64,000 nucleotides of DNA from Laetmonice hystrix (Eukaryota), in NCBI GenBank assembly GCA_965235115.1, contig OZ249436.1, positions 21,826,001 to 21,890,000 of the forward strand, given 5' to 3'. The number at the start of each line of letters is the position of its first letter. The stretch's first letter is position 1. Under the pieces are notes generated by a model. That model ran no database searches. It was not told the origin of the DNA and saw only the letters and a list, made by a program, of their open reading frames with translations. This document shows, one piece after another, positions 11,742 to 24,882 of the stretch. The translations under genes were made by a program, and so were the position numbers.

Positions 11742-12523
11742 ATGACATCACGTAGCAGAAAGAAGCACAGCTGGAGACATGGCTTTCAACCTGGTAACTG
11801 CGCCTACAAGTTGAGAAAGCAGGCCGGTAGGCCTGAACCAGACGTAGGTGTCTATGTAAGACCCACCAAAGAAGAATTCGAATTACTCCGCTCACCTACA
11901 CACAGTGGAAGAGGAGATCAGGCTGCAGCCACCATCACCGACAGTGAGGGCCGGCTGTGCAAGGCAAGGCCTTGCAAACAAAAAAAAAGAAAAACTGGCT
12001 GTCACACAGTGCATTCCTGCCTGAGGGCTTTGGCCTTACATGCACGGATGGTGACAAGGAGAAACTGGTCAGACTGATTGAATACAGGCTGGGCCAGAAA
12101 GTCCTGGAAAAGACCAAACACCTGTTAACCACCCAGAAATGTGAAGCTGTCAACAGGGCCATAAGCAGTACAACACCCAAGAACAAAACATTTTCAAGGA
12201 ACTTTGCTGCCAGAGTGCACTGTGCTGTGAATGCTGTGAATCGAGGGATTGGTGATTCAATCCTGAGTCAAACAGAGTTTGTGGGAGCCCCAGTCACTCC
12301 TGGTACACGGGTGACACGTGGCCTGCTGCGACGTCAGCAGCAGGACATGGCCAGAAAACTTGCCAGGGGGTCAACAAAGAAAAAGAATGCACGAATCAAC
12401 AAAAGAAGGACACTTTTTAAGCTTAAGGACACCTGCGAACCACAGGATTCTAAAACTTATTACCAGAAAAATCTTGCCTTGAAACAGACTCAGCACAGTG
12501 ACCATACCTACACAAAAATGTGA
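11742..12523 (+). pseudogene. Deleted Kolobok-type transposase, copy 5
   Basis: Identical translation to 1566-2347. Confidence 0.72.
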
Positions 12524-12595
12524 ACATAAATTATGGCGGTGAGAGAGCTCGGGGTTAGACCTAAACTAAAGCTACACCTACCAGGAAAAAAACAG

Positions 12596-13012
12596 TTAGG
12601 GGGGCCTAGGGGTGTGTTCCCGGGTGCAAACTTGCTGTGCATTACAAACACGTCTTGCAGCATTCACTGGACGTGGCTCAAGGGTCAGGTGGGAGGGATT
12701 CACACACAGGGTTTGGTGGCACAAATGGCTAATTTCAACCCTATCTCCCTGAAGATTGATGTTGGGGGGCATTAAAATCTGAACCGAAATGTGGTTAATA
12801 TTTGGTTGTTGAATAAGGTAGTGTAATTGATAGGCTAATCTATGGACACGAAAATAAATCTTTTTAGAGGAACCTGGCAAACGAAGACTTAGAACCCCAT
12901 AGTGTGAATCTCCCCACCTGGCCTCTGTCCACAGGAGGCACCCTCCACAAACGAGTCTACGTTTACTCAGTAACCTGCCCTGTACTTCTGTGACAGCCTG
13001 CCGCGGCTCCAT
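12596..13012 (-). CDS. His-Cys box endonuclease copy
   Basis: Identical to 2420-2836. Confidence 0.88.
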   Translation of the reverse strand: MEPRQAVTEVQGRLLSKRRLVCGGCLLWTEARWGDSHYGVLSLRLPGSSKKIYFRVHRLAYQLHYLIQQPNINHISVQILMPPNINLQGDRVEISHLCHQTLCVNPSHLTLEPRPVNAARRVCNAQQVCTREHTPRPP

Positions 13013-13110
13013 GATGCTTTGGTGGGTATGGGTGACACTCTCTGAATGTTGACTTTGGCAACCAGAAGTAAAATTCCTTTGTATAGTGAGTTTCCCATCA
13101 GGCCCCTACA

Positions 13111-13558
13111 GGTTATGATCCACTATTTATTTTCTTCTATAATTTAATGTAATGTTTTGGCCATTTTCAATGTTTAAAATAATTTCTGCGAATGTCTGCT
13201 TGGCATGGCAGGTTAGATATGCATGTTTCCGACAATAAAAACTCAATTTACGTATAGGTTGAATGATTAGATTTTATTTTATCGGAGCTTCTGTTACATG
13301 ACCCCAGGTGGCACCACCAAATCGACCAGAATACAGGCCTGTGATACATAACATATTGGCTAAGATTTTCCAAGGAAAGTTAAGCAGATATTCTCTAATA
13401 ATACACTGATATTATTGATCATATAGTGAACTTTTTCTCTGTGGTATTTGATGAGCACATTCAGGGGGGTTATATCCATTCTTGGCCCTAGATACATTCA
13501 CTCCATACCATTTTGAGGGACAACCAGCAGCCCATTGGCTAAATAGGGGGTCATGACC
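13111..13558 (+). repeat. LTDR copy 6
   Basis: Same sequence as 391-838. Confidence 0.92.
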
Positions 13559-14285
13559 TACAGATCAAGACCCATCACCCCGAATCTGTTCAAAATTGGA
13601 CCCCTTTAATGGTTATATGTTTGCAACAACCACACAAAATATAAATGGTGTAGACTAAATGAAGACTGAGTTATCGATCATATACAATATGGACACTCGG
13701 AGATAAAAAAAACCCTATTTTGCCCTGCACTCATAGCAGTATTCTGACTTTGTGCACAAATTAGACAATGAATAAATTCATCTATGAACTTCTCATTTTA
13801 GTTATGTATTAAGCCAACATGTAAAGTGTTCAAAAGTTGAAATTAATAAATATAAAGTGAGAATCTTCATTCCCTATGAAGCATGTGAGTACCCCCTGTC
13901 ATATTTTCAGTAAAAAAAAAGGTCCACTTTATTATATTTATCCCCATATCTCCCTATGTTGGATTTCAAAAGTGTCAAATTCAGTTGAGGGAATATGGGA
14001 AGGATGTTAACTTCAAAGAAACATCAAAAGAGATGTACTCCAAGTGTCTGTGTGGATGTATGGACCCCTCAAAGGTGGTCACCCACCCCAGGCAGGAAGC
14101 CTAGGTTAATAGGGGGAGGGGTTCAAAGGTGCCACTTGAGAGTCTGAGCTGCCTGGGAAGAGGGTGGGAGTGGGTATATATGAAGCCAACAGGCAGATCA
14201 AACTCAGTATCATTTTTCTGTTTGATTAGAACAGGATTTAAAAAAAAATTCGCCTAAATTATAGAGAATTTCTTAGAAAACTACC

Positions 14286-15067
14286 ATGACATCACGTAGC
14301 AGAAAGAAGCACAGCTGGAGACATGGCTTTCAACCTGGTAACTGCGCCTACAAGTTGAGAAAGCAGGCCGGTAGGCCTGAACCAGACGTAGGTGTCTATG
14401 TAAGACCCACCAAAGAAGAATTCGAATTACTCCGCTCACCTACACACAGTGGAAGAGGAGATCAGGCTGCAGCCACCATCACCGACAGTGAGGGCCGGCT
14501 GTGCAAGGCAAGGCCTTGCAAACAAAAAAAAAGAAAAACTGGCTGTCACACAGTGCATTCCTGCCTGAGGGCTTTGGCCTTACATGCACGGATGGTGACA
14601 AGGAGAAACTGGTCAGACTGATTGAATACAGGCTGGGCCAGAAAGTCCTGGAAAAGACCAAACACCTGTTAACCACCCAGAAATGTGAAGCTGTCAACAG
14701 GGCCATAAGCAGTACAACACCCAAGAACAAAACATTTTCAAGGAACTTTGCTGCCAGAGTGCACTGTGCTGTGAATGCTGTGAATCGAGGGATTGGTGAT
14801 TCAATCCTGAGTCAAACAGAGTTTGTGGGAGCCCCAGTCACTCCTGGTACACGGGTGACACGTGGCCTGCTGCGACGTCAGCAGCAGGACATGGCCAGAA
14901 AACTTGCCAGGGGGTCAACAAAGAAAAAGAATGCACGAATCAACAAAAGAAGGACACTTTTTAAGCTTAAGGACACCTGCGAACCACAGGATTCTAAAAC
15001 TTATTACCAGAAAAATCTTGCCTTGAAACAGACTCAGCACAGTGACCATACCTACACAAAAATGTGA
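14286..15067 (+). pseudogene. Deleted Kolobok-type transposase, copy 6
   Basis: Identical translation to 1566-2347. Confidence 0.72.
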
Positions 15068-15139
15068 ACATAAATTATGGCGGTGAGAGAGCTCGGGGTT
15101 AGACCTAAACTAAAGCTACACCTACCAGGAAAAAAACAG

Positions 15140-15556
15140 TTAGGGGGGCCTAGGGGTGTGTTCCCGGGTGCAAACTTGCTGTGCATTACAAACACGTCTT
15201 GCAGCATTCACTGGACGTGGCTCAAGGGTCAGGTGGGAGGGATTCACACACAGGGTTTGGTGGCACAAATGGCTAATTTCAACCCTATCTCCCTGAAGAT
15301 TGATGTTGGGGGGCATTAAAATCTGAACCGAAATGTGGTTAATATTTGGTTGTTGAATAAGGTAGTGTAATTGATAGGCTAATCTATGGACACGAAAATA
15401 AATCTTTTTAGAGGAACCTGGCAAACGAAGACTTAGAACCCCATAGTGTGAATCTCCCCACCTGGCCTCTGTCCACAGGAGGCACCCTCCACAAACGAGT
15501 CTACGTTTACTCAGTAACCTGCCCTGTACTTCTGTGACAGCCTGCCGCGGCTCCAT
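15140..15556 (-). CDS. His-Cys box endonuclease copy
   Basis: Identical to 2420-2836. Confidence 0.88.
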   Translation of the reverse strand: MEPRQAVTEVQGRLLSKRRLVCGGCLLWTEARWGDSHYGVLSLRLPGSSKKIYFRVHRLAYQLHYLIQQPNINHISVQILMPPNINLQGDRVEISHLCHQTLCVNPSHLTLEPRPVNAARRVCNAQQVCTREHTPRPP

Positions 15557-16289
15557 GATGCTTTGGTGGGTATGGGTGACACTCTCTGAATGTTAAGCCA
15601 TTCCAGATAGAGCTATACTTAGCGCTCTATCCTTCGACACCATTATTTTTTAGGTCTATGGCGTCAGAAGGATGTCTATGTTTTAGCATGGTTGGCGTTA
15701 GAGACATAGTTACTATTAAACACCAATAGGAAGTCTACGGAAGCGTATATCGGTCTCGCCCTACGCCTTGGCTATAACTTATGGTGCCTTATTTATCACG
15801 CTATGGTTACCAAGGCGCCTTAATAGTGCTTCTTAAGAAATAAGTCGCCTTAATTAAGGCGCCTTATAACACAAGGTGTCTTAATTAAGGCGCTTAATTA
15901 TAACAACGCGACAGTATGCCTTAATTTAGCGCCTTAAAAATTAAATTAGTACGCCTTAGTTATGGCGTCTTAGCTATCCCCTCCTGTGAAGTAAACTATC
16001 TTTAAGGCGCCTTACTAACACGCCTTAGTAAGAAATTGCCGTAACTAGCATGTCTTAAAAGTACAAGTCAAGTTAATTATGGGCATTATAAATATAAGCA
16101 AGCTAAATTAACAGTGATCACGTCAAATTTTATTTGATAACACCTTACGTTATAACGTAGGATGCTTTACATAGCATGTCTTGTCGGTATAAAATCGGAC
16201 ATGCAGCCGGTTCCGCGTGCAGCTGGGTTTTCCACTCATGTGACGTTGCTTCCTGTGCAGCCCAGATAGGTCAGCATAACATCTGATTA

Positions 16290-16779
16290 AGCCGGAGTCA
16301 CAATGCCCGATATTTTTCCGTTGGCCGATTCCGGCGTCGGCCGACGGAATCTGTAGAATCTGTAGAATCTGTAGTCTCGCCGATAAGATCTCGTCAGACA
16401 TGATCGCGTGATCACACTGCCCGACACGTGCGTTCCGTCACCGATCATCGGCCATCTTGTTGTCTGGCCAGCTACCTTCTGACCCCATTTTGCCGTGGCC
16501 TTGACCCTTAAGTTTCCATCACGTGGCCACTATCAGTACCACAATGTCTGCAGATTCCGTCGGTACCGGCGTCACACTGCCCGACGCCGACAATCGGGGA
16601 CGTGAATCGGCCGACATTCCTTGACAGTGTCATCAGAAATGCCCGACGCCGATTTTTTATCCCGACGCCGACGAAATCGGATCGGAAGTAGGGTCACACT
16701 GCTCGACTCCATCGGCCGACACAGAAAACGTCGGCCGATAGCAAAATCGGGGGGAAAATCGGGCAGTGTGACTCCGGCT
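16290..16779 (+). mobile_element. Non-autonomous TIR element, Kolobok-like (AG..CT, TTAA-adjacent)
   Basis: TIR agccggagtcaca(a/c)tgcccgat / atcgggcagtgtgactccggct. Further copies lie at ~18627-19079 (inverted) and ~19082-19556 (followed by TTAA). Confidence 0.7.
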
Positions 16780-17741
16780 GAGACTACAGCACTATATAGG
16801 AAGTTATGCTAAAGCATTTGGTAAGTATCAATATTTCTCTGGGGTATTTGATATGCAGAAATGGGCGAGTTTATTCGCATAGGCCGAGCTGAGCCTCTCT
16901 AACCACCAATATTGATACCGACATTTTTTTTAGAACATAGCCTACCCTTTTCAATTATGGTAGCATTCACGCCGCGACCGATTCCGACACCGACGTCGGT
17001 GAGGCGATTAGAACACGTTCTATTTGTCAAATATCGGTCACCGATGTTATAGAGACCGAGCCCTCCCCGTATGCCCATTTGGTTGACGGGAGCAAGCCCC
17101 GCCGACGCCGAGGACGTTTTCCAACTGCCTCGGTCGCCTGAGTGCACTTTTCATCAGCCACTGTAATTTCCCACCAGTACGACTGCAGGCACGTGGCCAC
17201 ATTTTGCGATGCCCCATATCATAGATATATAAAGTGTCCCATATGAAGCTTATAATGGTCAGCCATATACTGTTCATAAATTATAATCTATTTGGTACAA
17301 TATAGGCCCCTATTTTTCAGTTGTTATAGATCTATATTGGTCTAGGCCGAATGTTATGTCGTTAGGTCTACGTCAGGCAATACAATTTTATTATATAGGT
17401 AGGCCCCTATAGGCCCCTATGCAGACCTAAAGAAAGGTTAATGTTATATCTTCAGAGTATTAATATCGCCTTCTAAATTACGATATTGTGTTTTATAAAG
17501 ACAACAATTCTAGTAAATTATCCGTTACTTATTTTTCCTTTTCCGTTTCATGCTTGAAAAGCTACTATAACAAACATATTATTATATTATTCTAATGTTT
17601 TCAGATACCGATTTTCTTTTCCTGGACGATAGGATGTGTAATCGCACAGCCTCCCACAAATACGGGGCTTGAAGGTTTGGTCAGGTACTATCATGCAAAG
17701 ATGAACTGGCAAATCGAGACTTACAGAAATAGGGTGATCTC

Positions 17742-17762
17742 TGTCTGTCTGTCTGTCCGTCC

Positions 17763-17805
<43 letters not shown>

Positions 17806-17829
17806 GGTATGTCTGTCTGTCTGTCTCAC

Positions 17830-17882
<53 letters not shown>
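17742..17882. repeat. Compound (GTCT)n-(CT)n microsatellite
   Basis: Directly visible. Confidence 0.95.
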
Positions 17883-17886
<4 letters not shown>

Positions 17887-18626
17887 CCCACTGCAGCCGA
17901 AACACACACCGATACAGACTGCGATGCCGACATAAATCGATCGCAGTATGAATGTTGCAATGACACCGACGCCGATTTTACATATAATCTTTTTTTTGGA
18001 TATAACATTAACCTTTCTTTAGGTCTGCATAGGGGCCTATAGGGGCCTACCTATATAATAAAATTGTATTGCCTGACGTAGACCTAACGACATAACATTC
18101 GGCCTAGACCAATATAGATCTATGACAACTGAAAAATAGGGGCCTATATTGTACCAAATAGATTATAATTTATGAACAGTATATGGCTGACCATTATAAG
18201 CTTCATATGGGACACTTTATATATCTATGATATGGGGCATCGCAAAATGTGGCCACGTGCCTGCAGTCGTACTGGTGGGAAATTACAGTGGCTGATGAAA
18301 AGTGCACTCAGGCGACCGAGGCAGACGGAAAACGTCCTCGGCGTCGGCGGGGCTTGCTCCCGTCAACCAAATGGGCATACGGGGAGGGCTCGGTCTCTAT
18401 AACATCGGTGACCGCCTCACCGACGTCGGTGTCGGAATCGGTCGCGGCGTGAATGCTACCATAATTGAAAAGGGTAGGCTATGTTCTAAAGAAAATGTCG
18501 GTATCAGTATTGGTGGTTAGAGAGGCTCAGCTCGGCCTATGCGAATAAACTCGCCCATTTCTGCATATCAAATACCCCAGAGAAATATTGATACTTACCA
18601 AATGCTTTAGCATAACTTCCTATGCT

Positions 18627-19556
18627 GCCGGAGTCACACTGCCCGATTTTCCCCCCGATTTTGCTATCGGCCGACGTTTTGTGTGTCGGCCGATGGAGTC
18701 GAGCAGTGTGACCCTACTTCCGATCCGATTTCGTCGGCGTCGGGATAAAAAATCGGCGTCGGGCATTTCTTGACACTGTCAAGGAATGTTGGCCGATTCA
18801 CGTCCCCGATTGTCGGCGTCGGGCAGTGTGACGCCGGTACCGACGGAATCTGCAGACATTGTGGTAATGATAGTGGCCACGTGATGGAAACTTAAGGGTC
18901 AAGGCCACGGCAAAATGGGCCAGACAACAAGATGGCCGATGATCGGTGACGGAACGCACGTGTCGGGCAGTGTGATCACGCGATCATATCTGGCGAGATC
19001 TTATCGGCGAGACTACAGATTCTACAGATTCTACAGATTCCGTCGGCCGACGGAAAAATATCGGGCAGTGTGACTCCGGTAAGTCACACTGCCCGATATT
19101 TTTCCGTCGGCCGATTCCGGCGTCGGCCGACGGAATCTGTAGAATCTGTAGTCTCGCCGATAAGATCTCGTCAGACATGATCGTGTGATCACACTGCCCG
19201 ACACGTGCGTTCCGTCACCGATCATCGGCCATCTTGTTGTCTGGTCAGCTATACCTTCTGACCCAATTTTGCCGTGGCCTTGACCCTTGAGTTTCCATCA
19301 CGTGGCCACTATCAGTACCACAATGTCTGCAGATTCCGTCGGCACCGGCGTCACACTGCCCGACACCGACAATCGGGGACGTGAATCGGCCGACATTCCT
19401 TGACAATGTCAAGAAATGCCCGACGCCGATTTTTTATCCCGACGCCGACGAAATCGGATCGGAAGTAGGGTCACACTGCCCGACTCCATCGGCCGACACG
19501 GAAAACATCGGCCGACGGCAGAATCGGGGGAAAAATCGGGCAGTGTGACTCCGGCT
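18627..19556. mobile_element. Two adjacent, oppositely oriented copies of the same ~480-bp TIR element
   Basis: The junction reads gggcagtgtgactccggtaagtcacactgcccg at ~19063-19095. Confidence 0.7.
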
Positions 19557-21553
19557 TTAATCAGATGTTATGCTGACCTATCTGGGCTGCACAGGAAGCA
19601 ACGTCACATGGAGAAAGTGGAAAACCCAGCTGCACGCGGAACCGGCTGCATGTCCGATTTTATACCGACAAGACATGCTATGTAAAGCATCCTACGTTAT
19701 AACGTAAGGTGTTATCAAATAAAATTTGACGTGATCACTGTTAATTTAGCTTGCTTATATTTATAATGCCCATAATTAACTTGACTTGTACTTTTAAGAC
19801 ATGCTAGTTACGGCAATTTCTTACTAAGGCGTGTTAGTAAGGCGCCTTAAAGATAGTTTACTTCACAGGAGGGGATAGCTAAGACGCCATAACTAAGGCG
19901 TACTAATTTAATTTTTAAGGCGCTAAATTAAGGCATACTGTCGCGTTGTTATAATTAAGGCGCCTTAATTAAGACACCTTGTGTTATAAGGCGCCTTAAT
20001 TAAGGCGACTTATTTCTTAAGAAGCACTATTAAGGCGCCTTGGTAACCATAGCGTGATAAATAAGGCACCATAAGTTATAGCCAAAGCGTAGGGCGAGAC
20101 CGATATACGCTTCCGTAGTAGTCATATATGATCTTTTACTTGACAATTTTTACGTGACGTGACCCATTACTTCATAAGGTGTCATAGGTATTGTTCTCAG
20201 GGCTGTAACTTGTAAATGGTAGAAGTTAGGGCTATAGTTACTCTTAAACACTAATAGGAAGATATACATGCTCTTTCACTTGAGACCAAGATTTATTACG
20301 TAGCCTGTCGTGCCACCTCATAATTACTTCATTGGCATCTTCTAAATCTTATAAGTCATTAACTGCACCAGATTGAAGCATAGTTTACCCTACTCAGAAC
20401 ATGTCATATATTACGTGACTCCCCGGGGACGGGATCAATTGTGGTATCGCCACAACGTGTCTAGTTATTATGAAATATAGTAACATTTAAAGGTTCTATG
20501 AGTTCAAGAAGTCCTACACACTGTTATCTTCCAGAAAAAAAGTTGTAACGCATCCGGACATAGAGCTATAGACCAGCATTTCGTCACCCTATCTAGTCTT
20601 GCGCTACGTTGTTGGAGCGTGGACTGGTGCGACAGTGCTGCCACCATGCGGAACAGGATTTCTACCAGTCGCCCATTCTCGGCCATACTGGTCCCGCCAA
20701 AACGTGCATCACGTCATACGTTCCATAGGTATTTTTCTTGGCAACAAGGCCCGCCCCTTCTAGGGCTACTGCCCAACGGTCCTCGCATTGACTTTTCTAA
20801 CCAGAATTTATGACATTTATGCTACCAGGAATGCAACTAAAATCCAGCTACTGTTTTTTAGACAGAGAGAAATATTCTAGATTTTGTGGGTGGGTGTCTG
20901 GCTTGGTGAACCTTTGTCCAGGTTATTCCATAACTAAGTCTTCAGATGGGCAATGTAGGCCTACTTACTTTCCGGTAGGTGGCGTCCTAGATAAACTCAC
21001 CCGATGACAAGTTGGTAATTTACGTTACAGAGATTTCTTCTCCGATATAATCTAGGTTAGCATATTTACAGGGGTACCAGTTTTATTATTTGGACTCATT
21101 TCTATGCGTTAGCATGACGCCCCCACCTCACATGCAGCGGGTGTCAACCATCGATGTTGTATACTCGCGCGCGTAACTACGGGTGACCTAGTTGGGAAGT
21201 AGAGCGAAAACGGTGTTTACAACGTCACAATCCGTTCTTGCGAACCCGTTGCAATAAAAGAAACTAGTTGTGACGGATGGTGGTACACATGTATGCCCAG
21301 TGTGAGCGCAGCCGCCCAGCGTGAGCTTCGCTTTGGGTCTGGTAGAGGCTAGATTCGCCCCAGGTCGGATTCGACCCGGGTCGGTTTATAGTCGATTCGC
21401 CCCACCCCTAGTCGTTTCACCACGCCCACGCTTGAAGTCGTTTCGCCCCATCCAGGGCCCTGCGCCCCATCGATGATCTCGAAGTTAATTTGCCTCAACG
21501 TAAGTTTCTCCACCGGCGGGCCCGTGAAAGTTGGGAGCCCGGTAGGGGCCGGA

Positions 21554-23395
21554 CAGGTGTCAGATCGAAAAATGACCCCCATGGAAAAGTGACCCATGGG
21601 TTACTTTTCTATTATAGAAATGTGACCCACACTATGGAAAAGTGACCCCCCCCCCAGATTTAGTTGTTCCTCTGTGATTATGTTATTGATAGAGACAATA
21701 GTATAGACTCCAGGGCCGTACCTAATGGGGGCATTAGGTATACGCCCCCCCTCCAGTAATTTTGGAAAAAAAATCCTTTTTGACAACCAGGTGGCTTTTA
21801 GCACACAGTACAGGTATTTGTATGGGGGTGGGCTTAGTGGGGTGCTTGTACCTGCTAATCCCCCTTCTTTCCATAGACTACTAAGGGTCATAATTCTACG
21901 GTATAAACAGTGATCCCCACCGTAAAAACAAGCCATAATTATATTAGACAGGAATCCGACTTCTATATAATGGAAATGTGACTCCCTGTCTGTCAAACCT
22001 AACATACATGTGTACATGTAATTTCATATGGGTCCGAATTCTATGGCATGGACCCTAAAAACAAGCCATGTATTTGACAGAAATCAGAATTCTATAGAAT
22101 GGAAACGGGACCCCTGTCTGTCTACATTAATATGCAATTTCATATGGGTCCGAATTCTATGGCATAGAAAAGTGACCTTACCCTAAAAACAAGCCAAGTA
22201 TTAGACAAAATCAGAACTCTATAAAATGGAAATGTGACCCCCCCCCTGCCTGTCTGCATGATATGCAATTTCATATGGGTCCGAATTCTATGGCATAGAA
22301 AAGTGACCTCACCCTAAAAACTAGCCATGTATTTGACAGAAATCAGAATTCTATAGAATGGAAACGGGACGCCTGTCTGTCTACATAATATGTAATTTCA
22401 TATGGGTCCGAATTCTATGGCATGGAAAAGTGACCCCCACCCTAAAAACAAGCCAAGTATTAGACAAAATCAGAACTCTATAAAATGGAAATGTGACCCC
22501 CTGCCTGTGTACATAATATGCAATTTTATATGGGTCCGAATTCTATGGCATATAAAAGTGACCTCACCCTAAAAACAAGCCAAGTATTAGACAAAATCAG
22601 AACTCTATAAAATGGAAATGTGACCCCCCCTGCCTGTCTACATAATATGTAATTTCATATGGGTCCGAATTCTATGGCATGGAAAAGTGACCCCCACCCT
22701 AAAAACAAGCCAAGTATTAGACAAAATCAGAACTCTATAAAATGGAAATGTGACTCCCTGCCTGTCTACATAATATGCAATTTCATATGGGTCCAAATTC
22801 TATGGCATAGAAAAGTGACCTTACCCTAAAAACAAGCCAAGTATTAGACAAAATCAGAACTCTATAAAATGGAAATGTGACCCCCCCCCCCTGCCTGTCT
22901 ACATAATATGCAATTTCATATGGGTCCGAATTCTATGGCATAGAAAAGTGACCTCACCCTAAAAACTAGCCATGTATTTGACAGAAATCAGAATTCTATA
23001 TAATGGAAACGGGACGCCTGTCTGTCTACATAATATGTAATTTTATATGGGTCCGAATTCTATGGCATGGAAAAGTGACCCCCACCCTAAAAACAAGCCA
23101 AATATTAGACAAAATCAGAACTCTATAAAATGGAAATGTGACCCCCTGCCTGTGTACATAATATGCAATTTTATATGGGTCCGAATTCTGTGGCATGGAA
23201 AAGTGACCTCACCCTAAAAACTAGCCATGTATTCGACAGAAATCAGAATTTTATACTGGGATTAGGACTGGGTCATTATTCCATAAGGGGGGCCAGTTTT
23301 CCATAATTTAAAAGTGACCCATGGGTCACTATTCTATATAGAAAACTGACCCCCGGGTCACGTTTCCATAGGGTCACATTTCGATATGACACCGG
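21554..23395. mobile_element. Non-autonomous TIR element with internal ~128-bp satellite
   Basis: Ends caggtgtcagatcgaaa / tttcgatatgacaccgg, with subterminal tgaccc motifs. No TSD was found. Confidence 0.7.
21925..23255. repeat. ~128-bp tandem repeat, ~10 copies
   Basis: The atgggtccgaattctatggcat motif (minor variants) recurs at ~22030, 22146, 22277, 22404, 22532, 22661, 22789, 22922, 23049 and 23177. Confidence 0.93.
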
Positions 23396-23783
23396 CGCGA
23401 ACCCGCCTACTCAGCGGCTCGCTACCCGGCCGCCTGGCTGCGGTGCCGTGGAGGTCGGGAGCCCGGTTGCCACAGCACAGCCAGGAGTTAGCGGCTCGAT
23501 CGCTCCTGGGGACCGTTGCATAAAAAACTTCCGCCCGCTCCGTTGAAATGCGCCGTTAAAATAGCGGGGACCTTTTTAGGTGCCCGTTAAAAAAACAACG
23601 CAGTTAACGGGAATGGTTATTATTAACCGACAGTCAGCGGAGGATTTAACGAGCGGGACTTCGAAAGGCCTATTAGATCTACTACACAGAAAATCTCAGA
23701 GGGCAAAAACTACTCAAATATTCGGCAATCTGAGAGGTTTTGCCTACTCAATCCAAGCACCCCAAAAGGAGTAGTTTTGGGTA

Positions 23784-24411
23784 GGAAAGTAGTGTAATAT
23801 GGACCCTCAGGTAATATGGACCATGCAAAGTAGTTAGAGCATTTCGCCTATAGAAAGCAGCATCAAATCGTACGTCACGGAACACACGGCCATAATGACT
23901 ACTACAACGTGGCAAGTTACTGAATAAACACAGTTACACTAAAGCCCTATAGAGCTACCCTAAAGTCTAAAATATGGCAGTTTGATGTAATTTTCCAATG
24001 TCATAAACATTAAGAGCTTCCAAAGGCTACCACTGCTGCATCTAGTTTGGTGATAATTCATGCAATGCGATAAGTTGTGCATACAATGCTGAGATGGGCT
24101 TTCCGCCTCAACGCATGTTAAATGTTAGGTCACGGTGACCTTTTTTTCGACCAAATTTCGTGGGGGTTATATTATTATAATTTTGGACGGTCCATATTAC
24201 ATACATGCTGTGTAATATGGACCATGTAATTGTAAGAAATTTTGTTGCCAAATGTCTTCCAATTTTTTATTTTTTTTAAAGATTTGCTCTGTTTGAGAAG
24301 GTCACTTGATTCGTGTTTAAATAAAATATACCTGGGTATAATTGATACACTTTCACATTTTTTCATAATTCTCAATTTTCCTTAGGTGGTCCATATTACA
24401 CTACTTTCCCC
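23784..24411. mobile_element. MITE (TIR ggaaagtagtgtaatatggacc)
   Basis: Right end is ggtccatattacactactttcccc, with TA on both sides. Confidence 0.7.
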
Positions 24412-24655
24412 TATACTCAGAAGGTAGGCCTACCCATCTTGAGTAGGCAACTACTCGTAAATTCGGCGTTATAAAGGGTTTTGACGAATTTTAAGGGTTA
24501 GGCCCTACATGGGATACGCTTTTAACCGGAAGTTTGAACATTTTCAAAAGCGTGCATGAAAAAGTCGCGAAGAGAGTCGAACCCGAGAGATCAAACTTCG
24601 GAGGCCTTGATCTAGGCTAGGCCTACAGAGAGGTAGGCTAAGTAGTTGAACCTCT

Positions 24656-24880
24656 CTATAGTCTGTTCACTCTAAGAAGATCTCGACCTCGGCCTCATTA
24701 AAGCTATTAGGCCTACTTCATTTGGGGTAATACAGAACCGCGTGGAATTTGGTCATATTCTTGAATGACAGGCGGTGATGACTTGTGATACACCAGCTGT
24801 GGGTAGACAGGAGGAGAGGGGCAGGTCAGAGCTTTAATGAGGCCGAGGTCGAGCTCTTCTTAGAGCGAACAGACTATAGA
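24656..24880. mobile_element. Short MITE with ~50-bp TIRs
   Basis: ctatagtctgttcactctaagaagatctcgacctcggcctcattaaagct is mirrored at 24830-24880. Confidence 0.65.
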
Positions 24881-24882
24881 TA

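Larger units (their letters stand above)
1..15594. repeat. Tandem array of 2544-bp KolobokP-like transposon units (~6.1 copies visible, continues off the left edge)
   Basis: The ORF set recurs at exact 2544-bp spacing (1566, 4110, 6654, 9198, 11742, 14286) and no differences between units were seen by eye. The repeat stops at ...ctctgaatgtt|aagcc (15594). Confidence 0.97.
15735..20118. repeat. ~4.4-kb nested inverted repeat (A-B-C-spacer-C'-B'-B-A')
   Basis: 15735-16290 is mirrored at 19557-20118 and 16796-17450 is mirrored at 17999-18623. A ~480-bp TIR element is present three times. Confidence 0.9.

Noticed and set aside
17587..18042. ER/TDRQ/SL-repeat ORFs
   Set aside because: They are translations of microsatellites.
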